A stretch of 64,000 nt of DNA, from NCBI RefSeq assembly GCF_018350175.1, contig NC_058368.1, positions 203,486,001-203,550,000 on the forward strand, read 5' to 3'. The notes under the pieces are model-generated. The model was not told the origin of the DNA and made no database searches. It was given only the letters and a program-made list of their open reading frames with translations. The DNA is from Felis catus (Eukaryota). The position numbers were made by a program, and so were the translations under genes. Below are positions 14,259-27,959 of the stretch, one piece after another (within the stretch, counting starts at the first letter, position 1; each line of letters opens with the position of its first letter).

Positions 14259-14452
14259 GGGGTGCCTGGGTGGCTCAGTCAGTTAAGCATCCAACTTCAG
14301 CTCAGGTTGTGATCTCGTGGCTCTTGGGTTTGAGCCCTGTGTCGGGCTCTGTGCTCAGAGCCTGCTTCGGATTCTGTGTCTCCCTCTTTCTTGGCCCCTC
14401 CGCAACTCATACTCTTTCTCTCTCAAAAATAAACATTAAAAAAAATTTTTAA
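14259..14452 (+). mobile_element. SINEC
   Basis: ggggtgcctgggtggctcagtcag head; TSD ataaaat(c/t)caat. Confidence 0.94.
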
Positions 14453-14744
14453 ATAAAATTCAATAACCACACAATATTCTTGGCTAGAAGTATACTGGTG
14501 TAGAAAAAAAAAATTATCAAATGGAAGGAAAGAGACAAATTATCCAATACAACACTGCGTTCAATACTTGTTGGCAAATATTTGCTTTAGCAAATATAAG
14601 TGTGACAGTTAATACACAGAATTCTGGATATGGATAATATTTTTTCCTTAGAAAGAAATTTAATATAATTTCACTTGCTAATTTTTTGTATTAAATATTT
14701 CAACTGATTAAATTGGATTTTAACATTCCAGTCAGTATTCGGTC

Positions 14745-14927
14745 AGGATCACAGAATTCTAAGTCAAAAAGGAGAACACAGTTATCTAGTTAAAATCTTC
14801 ATTTTTAGATTTAATTGTAATGCTCAGGTAGGGACAATAAAATATCCAAGTTTAGATGGATGGAGAAAGACTAGAATCCAGATCTTCTGACTTCTCATAA
14901 AGTGTTCTCTCTATTCTACTATATTGT
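14745..14927 (-). mobile_element. MIR3/MIRc fragment
   Basis: gactagaatccagatcttctgacttc...gtgttctctctattctac. Confidence 0.55.
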
Positions 14928-15142
14928 GTCTATTGAATGGAAAATCCAGTAACAACAAAACTTAAGAATGAATACACTCTATCCTTGTGTTACATAAAGG
15001 GTGCCAGTATACCATAGACCATTTATTTTACACAAAAATGTAAGTTCCATATCATACATTTCTGTAATCTAAAAGTACATTATCCAATAAACAGCAAACA
15101 TGGAATTGAGAAGTATGTTTTGGTTGATTCATGTCTCTTTAT

Positions 15143-15585
15143 AAATGTCCATCAACTGATGAATGGATAAAGAAATTGTGGTTTATATACACAATGGAAT
15201 ACTACTTGGCAATGAGAAAGAATGAAATATAGTCTTTTGTAGCAATGTGGATGGAACTGGAGAGTGTGATGCTAAGTGAAATAAGTCATACAGAGAAAGA
15301 CAGATACGATATGTTTTCACTCTTATGTGGATCCTGAGAAACTTAACAGAAGACCATGGGGGAGGGGAAGGAAAAAAAAAAGAGGGAGGGAGCCAAACCA
15401 TAAGAGACTCTTAAAAACTGAGAACAAACTGAGGGTTGATGGGGGGTGGGAGGAAAGGGAGGGTGGGTGATGGGTATTGAGGAGGGCACCTGTTGGGATG
15501 AGCACTGGGTGTTGTATGGAAACCAATTTGATGACAAATTTCATATTAAAAATAAATAAATAAATAAAAATGAAAAAAAAATAAA
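15143..15585 (+). mobile_element. 5'-truncated felid L1 (ORF2 C-terminus, 3'UTR and A-tail)
   Basis: Translates KCPSTDEWIKKLWFIYTMEYYLAMRKNEI*SFVAMWMELESVMLSEIS (in-frame stop); felid-type G-rich 3'UTR; AATAAA tail. Confidence 0.95.
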
Positions 15586-16469
15586 GTAGTTCGAATTATC
15601 ATGTTTTCCTCCCAATTAAAGCTCATATAGAAAGACACTGTGAAACCATATCACTGCCTGTCCTTGTATAAAACAGTCATTATTGTGGAATATAAACATG
15701 TGAACGACTCATTAAAATGTTATGTATGGAAGTTCAAAGAGTCGCATTACTGCCAGATCCAAAGATTGTTGCAATTTTGTGTTTCTCTGTTGCTTGTAAT
15801 CTCAAATATGAATTCATTTACTTTTAATATTTTGTTGAGGATAGGAACATTTGTATTGCCTGCACCTGGAAGATTACTTCACATATAGGAAATGATCAAT
15901 AAATATTTGTGTGACTTAAAAGGTTAACACTGAGGACAGCACATCAGATCCTTTTTAGATTCAGACGAAGAATAAATTATAAACACATAATTAAATAAAA
16001 GCTATTGGCAATTAGTGGCAGCGACCTCCCTGCCAGTGATTGTACACTTTGGCTCTCTAGAGTAATAACGCATACCAATTATTATATGTGGTATATCAGC
16101 TCCAAGAAAGATGTGTTACAATTTCCCCACTATAGTTCATGCTATGGCCTGCCAAATAATTCACCAAAGCTGAGTTTGCTTTTTGTTATCTGATTAACAT
16201 AATTCCCATAGACTATCCTTTAAGAAATAAATGTTCAAAATAGTATTGTAGTTGAAGTTAGGACTCCTAGATTCTGGTTCCAACTCTATATACCCTGTGC
16301 GGCACAATCAATACAATTTTTTTCCAACCTCTGCCTAGATCCCTATTTCACAATGATTAATGATATTTTGATGAGACCTTTTGGCTTCCTAGGTTTTTAT
16401 GTGATACAAAGAGTCTCATTTTGGCCACTAAGATTCATTTTTATATTACAAAGTTTCATCCAATTCTTT

Positions 16470-16669
16470 ATTTTATTGATTGATTGATTTTTGAGAGAGA
16501 AAGAGCTCAAGTGAGGGAAGGGCAGAGAGAGAGAGAGGGAGAAGAGGATCCCAAGCAGGCTGCGTGTTGAGAGTGCAGAACTCCATGTGGGGCTCAAACT
16601 CATGAAACCCTGAGATCATGACCTGAGCTGAAGTCGGATGCTTATCCTACTATGCCACCCGGGCACCCC
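16470..16669 (-). mobile_element. SINEC
   Basis: Reverse SINEC; TSD tcatccaat. Confidence 0.93.
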
Positions 16670-16795
16670 TCATCCAATATACTTTAAATGTCAATTCTCC
16701 TCTGCTATCCAAATAAAAATCTCTATTTGCCTTCCAAGTTCAAGCCTGAACCACACTGCAGAGGAGAGGAGCAAGATGTGATCCTTTACTCTTTT

Positions 16796-17006
16796 CTTTA
16801 AAAATTTTTTTAAAATGTTTATATATTCTTGAAAGAAAGAGTGTGAGTGGAGAGGGGCAGAAGAGAGGGAGACACAGAATCTGAAGCAGGCTCCGGGCTC
16901 CGAGCTGTTAGCACAGAGCCTAAAGTGGGGCTCAAACCCATGAACCCCAAGATCATGACCTGAGCCAAAGTCAGATGCTCAACCGACTGAGCCACCTAGG
17001 AGCCCC
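16796..17006 (-). mobile_element. SINEC
   Basis: Reverse SINEC; TSD tgatccttt(a/g)ctctttt. Confidence 0.94.
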
Positions 17007-17300
17007 TGATCCTTTGCTCTTTTATTCTTTCTAGATCTTTCATTCTGTTTCTAACTCACTCTGCTGCCTCTAGATATCCCTTTCTTCACTGATATTCTGG
17101 GGAAGGAAAAGAATGCTGAAAAATACCAAACAAACCAGAAGTCTTCTATCTTTACCTTCTTGGTGGGCAGCCATAGGTGATTCCTATGGACAGGCACTCA
17201 AATTCACCCTCTTTTATGGGATATACTCGTGGATTCTTTAGAGGCCACTACAGAAGAAGTCCATACTATTTACCCACTGATGCTCTTTCTGGGCGACTAT

Positions 17301-17650
17301 CTGTCATATTTTGCTAGGTCTTACAGTATCAACAAACAAACCCATATCTTAGTGGCTTACAATAACCACAGCTTCTATCTAAATTACATGCTCTCTGCTG
17401 GTTCACATCATTTCTTCGTTATTCCGGGACTCATAAGGAAGAAGCGACCCTTATCTGGGACCTGTTGCTGCCATTATAGAACACAAGATGAGGCTTAAAG
17501 TTTTAGTTGAGAAGTGTCGCATGCCATTTCTGTTCACATTCCATTAGCAAAACGCATCACATAGAGAAGCCTGGAGTCAACAGGGCAGGAAGTATGATCC
17601 TCCCACAGTTAGGAAAAGAAATATGTTTAATAAAACAACCTTCTACTATT
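17301..17650 (-). mobile_element. Old MaLR LTR (MLT1I/J-like)
   Basis: atcttagtggcttacaataac...catttctgttcacattccattagc...gggcaggaagtatgatcctccc. Confidence 0.7.
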
Positions 17651-17660
17651 ACCCCTTGTT

Positions 17661-18480
17661 CTCTGACACCATGTATCTTCACTTCCAGGAAATACCTCAT
17701 AGCCTCCAACTGTTGACAGGTAATTTCACACTGTCATGCCATGCTCTTGTGATGTCATGGCTCCAACATGGCTACCTTTCACTACATCTACTTACACCCT
17801 TGTATCTGGTCACAGCTTCTTGGCCCCTGGAATCTGTTCATGACATCTACTTGGCTCTGGAGTCATACACTATTTTCATACGAAGTAATGGGAAGGCATA
17901 CTGTTTTTTTCTGATGCTATCTCTTCTCACCTTATTATTAGCAGCTGCTTTACCCCGATTCACAGAGTTAAAATTGCCCAGGAATGAATAAGCAGGAACC
18001 AGGATATGTATCCTTTCTGCCTTCGAACTCAACTATCGATTTCTCCAAAATGATTTCTTACAGTGATCTACTCTGCTATATCAGGAGGTAGGCCTAAAAG
18101 TTTCTGATTGACAGCAAACATCCAACTAAGGAATGAGATTCCCTTGTTGAGGAAACCCTCAGTTTACTATTAGGGATTCTCTTGAATCTTTTCTTGCGTA
18201 AGGGAGCAGCCACTCTCTTTTCCTTAAATAAGACACAAGGTGGAATGTTACCACACTCCCCACTAAGCTAAAAACTCATGAAATACATAAATTCAATCTT
18301 CATTAAGCTCCAGTCTTCTGCTTATATAGCCTGAGAGTCATCTTCAGTATGAGAGTTGAAGGACCCCACTGGCCACCTCTTATTTAGTCCTGGAAACAGT
18401 GCCTGGCATCTTCTTGAAATCCCTTAGAATATGGAGATTCCTAACACCCACTATCCATAACTTTGGGAATTTAGCTGAAA
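17661..18480 (-). mobile_element. Possible ancient LTR with a tRNA-Leu primer-binding-site remnant
   Basis: Minus strand ...ACA followed by TGGTGTCAGA at 17674-17662; TATATAA on minus near 18325; far boundary guessed. Confidence 0.4.
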
Positions 18481-19949
18481 TCCAGAGATAAACACATAGA
18501 CCCTTCAAATGTCCTTTTGATATAACCATAGACAAGTAAATTAATCTATATAGGACTTAATTTTTCTCATGTGGGAAGGAGCACTGTTAACTGTAAAACT
18601 CTAAGTAGTATCAAAACCAATAGGAAACGTAGGGAGACACTGAACAGAAGGTAGAACACTCTGATCTTAGACTTATTTCCATACTAGTAACTAAGGACAG
18701 AAATTCTTTATAAAGCACAAACACACTGAACCACTGAACTTTTGCCTTCATTGTAGAACAGCATTTCTAACAAAATGAAACATGCTTCCAACTGCACCAA
18801 TCAAACATGTGGGTCCCTGTTAGGCCAATTTTAAAGGACTTCCAATTTTGTGAAAACCATAATGCTTATACTTCAGAATTTTCCATCCTCAACTACTCCT
18901 TTCACGTCATAAGAAGTCTACTCCATTTAAAGGAAAGGAAGATTTTAAATTAAGTCACAAAAGATTCAGGGAACTCTAAATTCAGTCCAGTTCTTTGAAA
19001 CCACAACTGATGAAAAAGAAAAAAAAAAAGTTCTTTTGCCAACTTCGGTTAGTGTTACATTCTTAATTTCACTTAAATGTAGGTATTTTGTAATTTCCGT
19101 TTCCTTTCTTTAAAACAAAACAAAACAAAAAACCTGTCTGAGGGGGATTATGGACATAAAGCTTCAGAAATTAAATGTATCCTGTAGAAACTAGTTTGTG
19201 CATCATGGTTACTCTTTATGAAGAATACAAGGTACATCTGATCTGATACAGACACTCTGGGGCCATCATCTATCATCAGGTTGTGTGCATAACACCTAAC
19301 CTTAAAAAGTTAGGAGGGCACCTTACACATTAGGAGGGCAATTTGAAAGAAAAGAATCAACTTTGCATTAGAAATGCATATAAAAATGTTTAGTTTATTT
19401 CATGTGCTGGCAATCTTATTTCAGGTTTTACAGGGGATTCTTTTCTCCTTTTGAAACAAAATACTACAATAAACTCACCTCTCAATAATTAAACATTTGT
19501 TAATTTGAACATGCCCCTGTGACACCTTCTATACCATGTGAAATTCTCTTTAAAGTATCAGTCAGTGTTCTACCTCATCCCTGATAGTCTCTGAGATATA
19601 CAGACTATGCCACAAAGACGCAGTAGTTTCTCTTAAGGAATTTTAAAAATTGGTCCCTGTTAGGAGGTGATGCTTGGTGTCACTTTTGTTACCTTGAAAG
19701 ACGGTCCCTTGACTAAGGATATTAATTTTCTGAAAATGTCATGCTGTTTCAATTGAAAAATTGGCAAACTATTAAAAAACAAGTTGAGGGGAGCCTTTTA
19801 AGAAATTGAAAAGTAACTGCAAACAACATTGGGTAATTGTGACTTTCACTTGTTCTGTATCAGTTACATTTTTGTGCTCTTTTCCCTGTGTGCATGGTGA
19901 TTCTATTTCTCCCCCACTAAAAATTTTATTTAAAACAATAAAGTATCAT

Positions 19950-20168
19950 GGGGCTCATGATGGGTGGCTCAGTTGGTTAAGCGTCCAACTTCAGCTCAGG
20001 TCATGATGTCAGGATTCATGAGTTTGAGCCCTAAGGCAGGCTCTGTGCTGACAGCTCAGAGCCTGGAGCCTGCTTCTGATTCTGTGTCTCCCCCTCTCAC
20101 TGCCTTTCCCCCACTCACGCTCTGTCTCTCACTCTCAAAATAAATAAGCATTGAAAAAAAAATTTTTT
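19950..20168 (+). mobile_element. SINEC
   Basis: gggtggctcagttggttaagcgtcc head; degenerate TSD aat(a/g)aagta(t/a)ca. Confidence 0.94.
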
Positions 20169-22389
20169 AATGAAGTAACAGTCCTCAACTGAGAATATGT
20201 AACTTTCAACCACATAGTAGTTTAAGTGGTTCATAAACAGATACCACACGCTAGATAGTCACACTGGAGCATTGGAAGGAATTTTAGGAGTCAACTAGGG
20301 CCTCACGAAAAGTACTGATAAAATAGGAAGAATAAAGCAAGAAGAAAGAATTTGCATTTTTAAAAGTTAATTAATTGCCTCTACTTGCTGTCTGCATTTA
20401 ATATTTAATAGTTTATAAGCTATAATACCAGCAGTAAGTACTGATCAAATTCACACAGGAGCTTTAGAAGGTGAGAGGGCACCAAGACAACCAAGAGTCC
20501 TACATCCTCCTCAGCTGCTATACAGTTTCCTTGGGGGTGAGGGAGAGGGGTAATTGGTATAAAGACTCTGCTCGTCTTCTTTCCAGAAGTAATAAAAAAT
20601 TATGTTGGTAGCTTCAAGGTGATAAAAATTAATAGAATTAAAAGACCAAAATTAATGGATTTTTATCCTTTGCTACATGAAAGAGAAAATGATTTCCTGG
20701 ATAACATAAGAGCAGCAGCCTAAGCAAGAAATGAAAGGGAAGAGATTTTGAGAAAGCAAAGGTGAATTAAAACATATCAAGTACAACGGAAGAATAGTAC
20801 ACAAATGGAAGAAAGGAAGGAGAAGGAAATTTGATCCACTGGAAAAATCCTCTGGGAAGAGATGTATAATTTCTGGAAAGACGGCAAGTAGCTCCATTTC
20901 TGTGAAAAGAGAAGGGCTTTCTAGGATTAGGACACATGAAGAACTTAGTTCATGATGTACAAAGAGGAAATGAAAGAATGGAGATAGCCATTTGTACAAT
21001 CACATGGATGATCACAGTTGTTTCCTCTTCTTGAAATGAAAACCATCATCTCCATTCAGAGTCCACTGGCACTTAACAATTTACTGGCCCAGCAGCTTAC
21101 CTGGAACAAAGATCGGCCAATTAATGTAGTTTGAAGATGAATAAATAAATGAATGAATCCGCTGGCTCATCGTTACTTATTTATAATGCTGAATAGGGAT
21201 AAATGACATAAACAGAGAAATCTGGGAACAGCTCTAGGAATGAGAGACAGAACTGTAGATAGAAAAAAGATTGGAACAATAATGGTTAGCTAGATGAAGA
21301 GAGGTCCAGAACCCTAACTAGTTGCTACACAGGGATTATTCTGCCAGAGTGATGAACACCTGGCTATAGAATATATTGTGCAGACTCATCTGGAAGTCTG
21401 CCAGGTTTCTACTAACTTTAAAATCAAAGTCTTGGGGAATGGAGAACATTGTTAGATAAAGCTATAAAACTGGATATAATGAAGGACATCAGCCATTATA
21501 ATAAAACACGTTAAGCAATTGGTACAGACAAAAGAGTCCATAGTGAAAATTACTAAAAAGATGGTCAAGAAGTCTACAGTAAATTCAAAGCCCAGAGCAT
21601 TAGCAACATTTAGAGTGTGATTCAAGACAGAAAACCATTAAGATCTACCATGTGAAAACATGATCATAACAATGAAAAGTACTTTGTTCTAGTAAAGCCT
21701 TAGGAGATGTAGGTGAACTTAACATGTTATTAAGATATAAGCTTGTGTGTAACTCTTCAAGTCTGCTTTTGATAGCATGAAAGGAAACATTTCAGTGAAG
21801 TAAGGGAAGAGAGAACAAGGTCAAATGTCAGAGAGAATGTTCTACAGCCTACTTACTGAAAGAAGGTCATGTTCTTTCCCTTAGAACTAGAGTGAGCTTG
21901 GATTCTGGAATTGTGCCTAGAAATGCCCCCAAGCTAGGGGTCCAGGTCTAGTCATACCAGGGACAGTGTTTACCTAAGGAATAAATGGCCCTGTGACTGG
22001 AGGAAAAACTTGGATCTTGGTTGAAAAGATAACAGTATTGAATGGCAGATTTAAAGATCAAGACAAGGCAAAAAATAGGAGTGGTTCGAAGCCGGAAGGA
22101 TTAAGTGTAAGCTGGTATGTTATGGAAAAGCTTGTGACAAGCAATTCACAATTAAAGAAATAGACAGAGGGCAAGAGAGTGTTTGGATTACCCTCACAGG
22201 GGATGTTTAGTGTATGAGACATGGGTGTGGACTGGAATATTAACAGGTGGCAGAGGCAGCAGCTAAAAAGAATCAGGGAATACGGAACTGGAAAAGAAGA
22301 CAAATATAATGGAATGGGAAATTTTCAGCTCCCCTGCAATCTGCTAAGTCTCATTGTGTCATGAGAAAAGGTGTTTTGACATCATCATG

Positions 22390-22850
22390 TAAAGCATAGA
22401 TTTTAGAATCAAATAGGTTTAACTTGAAACCTGGCTCTGCAGGGCTCTGTGATGTTGGGTAAGAAACTAATTTTTTTTTAAATTTTTTTTTCAACGTTTA
22501 TTTATTTTTGGGACAGAGAGAGACAGAGCATGAACGGGGGAGGGGCAGAGAGAGAGGGAGACACAGAATCAGAAACAGGCTCCAGGCTCTGAGCCATCAG
22601 CCCAGAGCCTGACGCGGGGCTCGAACTCACGGACTGCGAGATCATGACCTGGCTGAAGTCGACGCTTAACCGACTGCGCCACCCAGGCGCCCCAGAAACT
22701 AATTTTTATACTGGCTTCAAATTTCTCACCTGTACAATGGGAATTATACTGGTAACTGCATCTCTGTGATATTAGGAAGATTAAATAAGGGGACAAATTT
22801 AGAGTTGTACCAAGTACACAGTAATCCCTATATAAATGCCACTTTACTTT
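22390..22850 (+). mobile_element. MIR interrupted by SINEC_Fc
   Basis: ttgaaacctggctctgc...gttgggtaag and ttcaaatttctcacctgtacaatgggaat flank the SINE. Confidence 0.8.
22476..22693 (-). mobile_element. Young SINEC_Fc
   Basis: Near-consensus and CpG-retaining; perfect TSD agaaactaattttt (22462-22475 / 22694-22707). Confidence 0.97.
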
Positions 22851-23011
22851 TATTATTGAAATTTAGCTAAAAGTAAGCTAGCTGATACGTTTTTTTCTTT
22901 GCCTTGAAAAATTTTTTTCCTACCAGAAGTCCAGCAACCTGATTCTTAAAAAAAGACTTGGTTAGAGGGGTGGAAATGAGACTTTGGAGAAAGTTATTTT
23001 GCCATCTTAAA

Positions 23012-23180
23012 GCAGTGCTTCTCTAATTCAACATTCTTCCAAGATACCTGAAGGAATTTTTAATATGCCCATTCTGATTCAGGTAGCCTAGCATGGGGGC
23101 CTGACATTTTCCTAAATTTCTAATAAGCTCCCAGTGATGCTAATGTTCCTGGTCCATGTACCACTCTAAATAGAAAGGCC
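23012..23180. mobile_element. MER5A/B hAT-Charlie MITE
   Basis: cagtgcttctc...attctgattcaggtag...ttctaataagctcccagtgatgctaatg. Confidence 0.8.
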
Positions 23181-23958
23181 ATAGAATGCCTGAAAATGAG
23201 TAAAGGAAAGAAACATGGTAGGAAGTCAGACATGTAAAATAGATTTCATGAAAGCCAATTTCAGAGGCAGCAGAACTCTTTCCTAGATCAAGCTCTAGGA
23301 AAAGATGACTCAAATCCAAAACCGGTAAGATGTAGTTTTCAAGAATGAAACTCTGATTCTATAATTTCATATATATATAATTCCTATAACCACAAGCATC
23401 AATTTTAAAAACAATTACATATGCAGAAAGAGAAAAAAAAATTGGAAATAAGAGAAGAGAGGTCCAGGCCTCTAAAAATAATGTAAGTAAATCGATGAGT
23501 CCTAGAATTTATTGAGGTTTCAAAAGCCACCTAAAATTAATTTTAAAGGTAGTTTTATAGTAAGAAGAACACAATGAAATAGGCCATCTATAAAAAGATT
23601 AACCTACCAAGGATTATATAGAGAGAACACCAAACTTCTCACTTTTTAGCTTGCTTCTCACTATGATCTATACTTCAGAAGTAGAGAATTAAAATAGATT
23701 AGAAAGACAAGAAGCCGGTTAGCGGTGGGACTATTGTGTTATAGCACACAATTTCACTAACTGAGTTCATTTGTTTCTGTTTGAGTAGATTACATTTCAT
23801 ACTAATTAAAGATTACTGAATAGAATCTTTGTGAAACCACGATGAACATAAAAGTTCTAGAAGACCCTAAGTGACCAAGCATTGTCCTATTTGTTTTAAT
23901 AGTGTTTTCTGTGAAGCATTGTCTACTGAACATGATGCTAAACCTTGGCTGGCTTCGG

Positions 23959-24020
23959 GACATATTTTTACAAAGATAATTAATAAAGACATATTTTTAC
24001 AAAGATAATTAATAAAGACA
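23959..24020. repeat. Perfect 29-bp tandem duplication
   Basis: gacatatttttacaaagataattaataaa x2 plus gaca. Confidence 0.97.
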
Positions 24021-24049
24021 AAGTATTTTTCCAATATTTTTCTTCTCTG

Positions 24050-24330
24050 TCCAGTGGACCCCTTTTCATCCTTAAAGAACCTATCTGAATGTTAACTTCC
24101 TTGGAGTAATTTCCCATTCTCTTAGATAGAATTATATTCTCTGTGTTCTCATTAATCTTAAAGTTCTTACTTTACTTAAAACTTAACTCTACTTAATATT
24201 ATATTTTGGTTACTTGTTTGCATGCTTATTTTCCAACTTAACAGAGAATGGCTTATTTTTATCCTGAAAATCCTTATGTTCTGCACGGTGCATGATATAT
24301 AGCAGATGTTTAACAGAGGTTTCAAAATTG
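24050..24330 (+). mobile_element. L2 3' fragment
   Basis: ttacttgtttgcatgctt...ttctgcacggtgcatgatatatagcagatgtttaac. Confidence 0.55.
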
Positions 24331-24487
24331 AAGTCCCCACACGTAAAACATATACATCTAATTCAATCTTAGGCTGTACACATAGAAATACCATGTCTAG
24401 AATAAAGGAGGTATAAGTCCCAGTTAACTAAGTGGTACACAAACTAGGTTTCAAGTACAAATTTCAGAAAATGAGCTTATCCAACTT

Positions 24488-24705
24488 ATTAAGAGCATGG
24501 ACTCTGCAGCCTAGATGACCTGAAGTCATGGCATTACCAGCTCTGTCATATACTTGAGCAAGCTGTTTCACCTCTCTTGATCCCAGTTTTCATGTGGATA
24601 ATAATACTACCAATACCACTGCTAAAATGATTAAATGAAATATATATGAATCACATAAAACAGTGGCTAGCACATAACAAGCACTAGATGTTAGCTATGT
24701 CAGCC
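24488..24705 (+). mobile_element. MIR inserted in L3/CR1
   Basis: ttaagagcatggactctg head; atgattaaatgaaatatatatgaa...gctagcacataacaagcact. Confidence 0.8.
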
Positions 24706-24714
24706 ATTATTATA

Positions 24715-25060
24715 ATGGTTGTTTGTTCTGGGTATTGCACATTCAGAGCATCATCCCTAACTAACCCAGTCCAGAGATAAGTGACCAAGAAAACAAGATT
24801 CGAAACCACTTCATAAGGAAGGTTAAAATATCTCAAACTATTAGCTTGGAAGTGAGATTTCAGAAGGGTTACAGGGACAAGAGACAGGACAGCTGCCTTT
24901 AAAAATGAAAAATGAGTACCCTTGATCTAGGACACTCAAGGGGACAAAAATGGGACTGAAAGTGGAAACTACATAGTGGAAGATTTATGCTCAAAGGAAA
25001 ACATTTCTCAAGTGGAGTACATAGAATGGAATGTCTGGAGGTATTTAGGCAGGATTTAGA
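24715..25060 (+). mobile_element. L3/CR1 LINE 3' fragment
   Basis: gttctgggtattgcacatt, ccagtccagagataagtgacc, ggaagatttatgctcaaaggaaaacatttct. Confidence 0.65.
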
Positions 25061-25814
25061 GATTATGCTGGGAGTGATTAAAAGTATGAGGCTGAATCAT
25101 TGAATGGCAGGGAGGGCTAGGCTAGCTGGTTCTTGTAGTACTTCAGCTCTATTTCCTTTATGAAGAACTAAGGTGCAGAAAAATAAAGAAATTTGACCAT
25201 AGACACAGAACTAATTAATTGCCGATCCTGGGCTAGAACCTAGTTGGCCAAATTCCCACTCTAGGGCTTTGCTTTGGAAGTCCTCCACAAAAAGAAATTC
25301 CCAGAACAGGTAGGGATGTGCTCCAAAGTACGAATAAGAGGCAAGAGTGCAGGTGAGGCAAGTACTTGAGAGTGAGTAGAGCAAACCATGTGGAATACAG
25401 TCACTGAGTCTTACACAGTGTCGTCACTCTTTGTAAGTTATTCCCAAACATGAGTTTATTTGTATGGATATCTGATCACAGAGCACTGTAAAATGTAAAG
25501 ATTAATGAGTCTAATCTTTATAAACTTGAAAATGCATTTGCCAGTTTATCTCCATATGTCCCAAGTTTTCATCTGAAATACATATATGCTAGGCATCAGC
25601 TCAATGGTCATGTAAATCTATTAATTTCTCTATGTATTTACCTACAGAAGTGTGACCTTTAAACTTTCCAGGAAAAACATTTTGAAAAATACAAGCTTTT
25701 AATAGAGAGATTCATTGGGGGAGATGATAGGTCCTGGGAATCGATAGCACCAACTGTGGGCTCAGACCTCTTCCATTCAGTTCCTGAAATTAGGAAAACT
25801 TAACTTCTATAATC

Positions 25815-26146
25815 CCACTTCAGATCCTCTGTCACCTTCTCTCCCTGCCCTTCCCCCACTCATGCTCTCTTTGTCTCAAAAATAAACATTTTTTTTTATT
25901 TTTTATTTTTTATTTATTAACGTTTATTTATTTTTGAGACAGAGAGAGACAGAGCATGAACGGGGGAGGGGCAGAGAGAGAGGGAGACACAGAATCGGAA
26001 GCAGGCTCCAGGCTCTGAGCCATCAGCCCAGAGCCCGACGCAGGGCTGGAACTCACGGACCCTGAGATCGTGACCTGAGCCGAAGTCGGATGCTTAACCG
26101 ACTGAGCCACCCAGGCGCCCCAATAAACATTTTTTTTTAAAAAAAG
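25815..26146 (+). mobile_element. 5'-truncated SINEC whose tail hosts an antisense SINEC
   Basis: cttcagatcctctgtc...ctgcccttcccccactcatgctctct...aaaaataaacatt. Confidence 0.75.
25897..26121 (-). mobile_element. Young SINEC_Fc/Fc2
   Basis: Near-consensus; TSD aataaacatttttttt. Confidence 0.96.
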
Positions 26147-26344
26147 AATTTATTCTACTTTTTTCAGGCATTGGCCATATGAAAAATAAAGGATTAATGG
26201 GTTGACTGATTAAACTTAACAATAGATATTTCAAGTTTAGTAGGGATGAAATAATTAACAAATATTAATTGGGCAATAAACTGATTATTCCAAGTAGGTT
26301 TTGTAGTCAGCAGATATTTTGTTCACTATGAGAAAGGTAATTAT

Positions 26345-26561
26345 TTTTTTTTAAGTTTATTTATTTATTTTGAGAGAGAGAGAGAGAATGTGAGAGCGTG
26401 TGGGAGGGGCAGAGAGAGAGGGAGAGAGAGAGAATCCCAAGCAAGCTGTGCACTGTCAGCACAGAGGCCTACGCAGGGCTTGAACTCACCAACCGTGAGA
26501 TCATGACCTGAGCCAAAATCAAGGGTTGGACACTTAACCGACTGAGGCACTCAGGCACGCC
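26345..26561 (-). mobile_element. SINEC
   Basis: Reverse SINEC; degenerate TSD gagaaa(g/a)g(t/c)aa. Confidence 0.93.
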
Positions 26562-27794
26562 GAGAAAAGCAACGTTTTAAAAATCACTTTTATCCTGTAA
26601 CTTCACGCAATTTTCAGTATTACGAATCCTGTTTCTCCTTTCATGAGAATATATGCCCTATGAGAGAAAGGTCTCTGTTCATCGAAATACTCCCACGTAC
26701 CTAGAACACTACTTGACATATAATTCATCCTCAAATATTAGTTGAAAATATGAATAAAAAGTGAATGATTGACAAGTGGTAATGGAAGGATGGCTCATGA
26801 AAGCCACTTTAACTTTGCCAGATTTAATAAATAAAAAAGGAGCTTCTTGAGTCATAAAAATAAAGCATTGTTTACTTGAAATTCAACTTTAAGCATCTTG
26901 TTCTTTATCTGGCAACACTACATTTAGAAAAGAAAAAAAAGCTAATGGCCAAAGTATGTGAAATCATCAACATTTACCTATAAAAAGGAAGAAATAAATT
27001 TTCTTCCAACACTGTGTTGCTAGATATAAGGAACCCCAATATACATGTTTAAAAAATAAAACTTAAAAAGAATCAAAAAGGAGAAAAGCAAAGCTTCTTT
27101 TGAAACACAGTTTGGTTTTTAAAAATCTTGCTAGACTCCAAGAGATGTTATGACCTATCCTATCACATGTGTATGTGGGTGTGTTTTGGGATAAACCTTA
27201 AAACAGTTTTTAAGTGTTTCCTACACTCTGTTCTAACCTACCTGAAGGTCATTACAGGAGAGTTGCTGCTAAATTGTAAGCATGGGCTTACACTTTGGGT
27301 TTCAAAGTGGAGCTTGATAGAATTATTACATCAAAAGTAAAATACATATCAATTCACAATGCCAGAACATCAAACGACATTCTTTTTACTCACCGACACT
27401 GACACTACATACCTGAAAATTTTCTAAATATTAAGCAAACCCCTGATCTCCTAGGCTGGTGACTCTTACTGATCCTTCCAGGCTCAATTTAACAATTAAC
27501 AAAAGTGAAAAATATTTTCTGTTAAATTACAAGTCTCCCTAATAATATCTTAAGTTCCAAGAATATTAGGACCCAATCTGAATCGTCTACTTTTTGTATA
27601 CCTGGAGGTCAGCATAGATCCTAGTATAAATAGGTACTCAATTATGTATTGAATGAATCAAGTTTTAAGGCAAAATAAAATATAAATAGGAGTGTCACCA
27701 TCTTTTCTGTCTTTTTTAGCTTACTTCTCATCAGTGTGTTTTTGAGTTCCCTCACACCTTAATATTTATTAAAAGATGAAATAATAAAATAACT

Positions 27795-27919
27795 CTGATT
27801 TCTCCATTTCTTTGTCTGTGAAATGAAACTAATGTACCTATCCCATGGTATTGTTATAAAGATTTGGAGTTAATATACAAAAAGTATTTGGAACAGTGCC
27901 TAGCACATAGTAAATGTCA

Positions 27920-27920
<1 letters not shown>
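27795..27920 (+). mobile_element. MIR 3' half
   Basis: tctgtgaaatga...gtacctatcccatggtattgttataaagat...ttggaacagtgcctagcacatagtaaatg. Confidence 0.8.

Positions 27921-27921
<1 letters not shown>

Positions 27922-27959
<38 letters not shown>
27922..27959. repeat. (CAT)12 microsatellite at the MIR tail
   Basis: Read directly. Confidence 0.97.
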
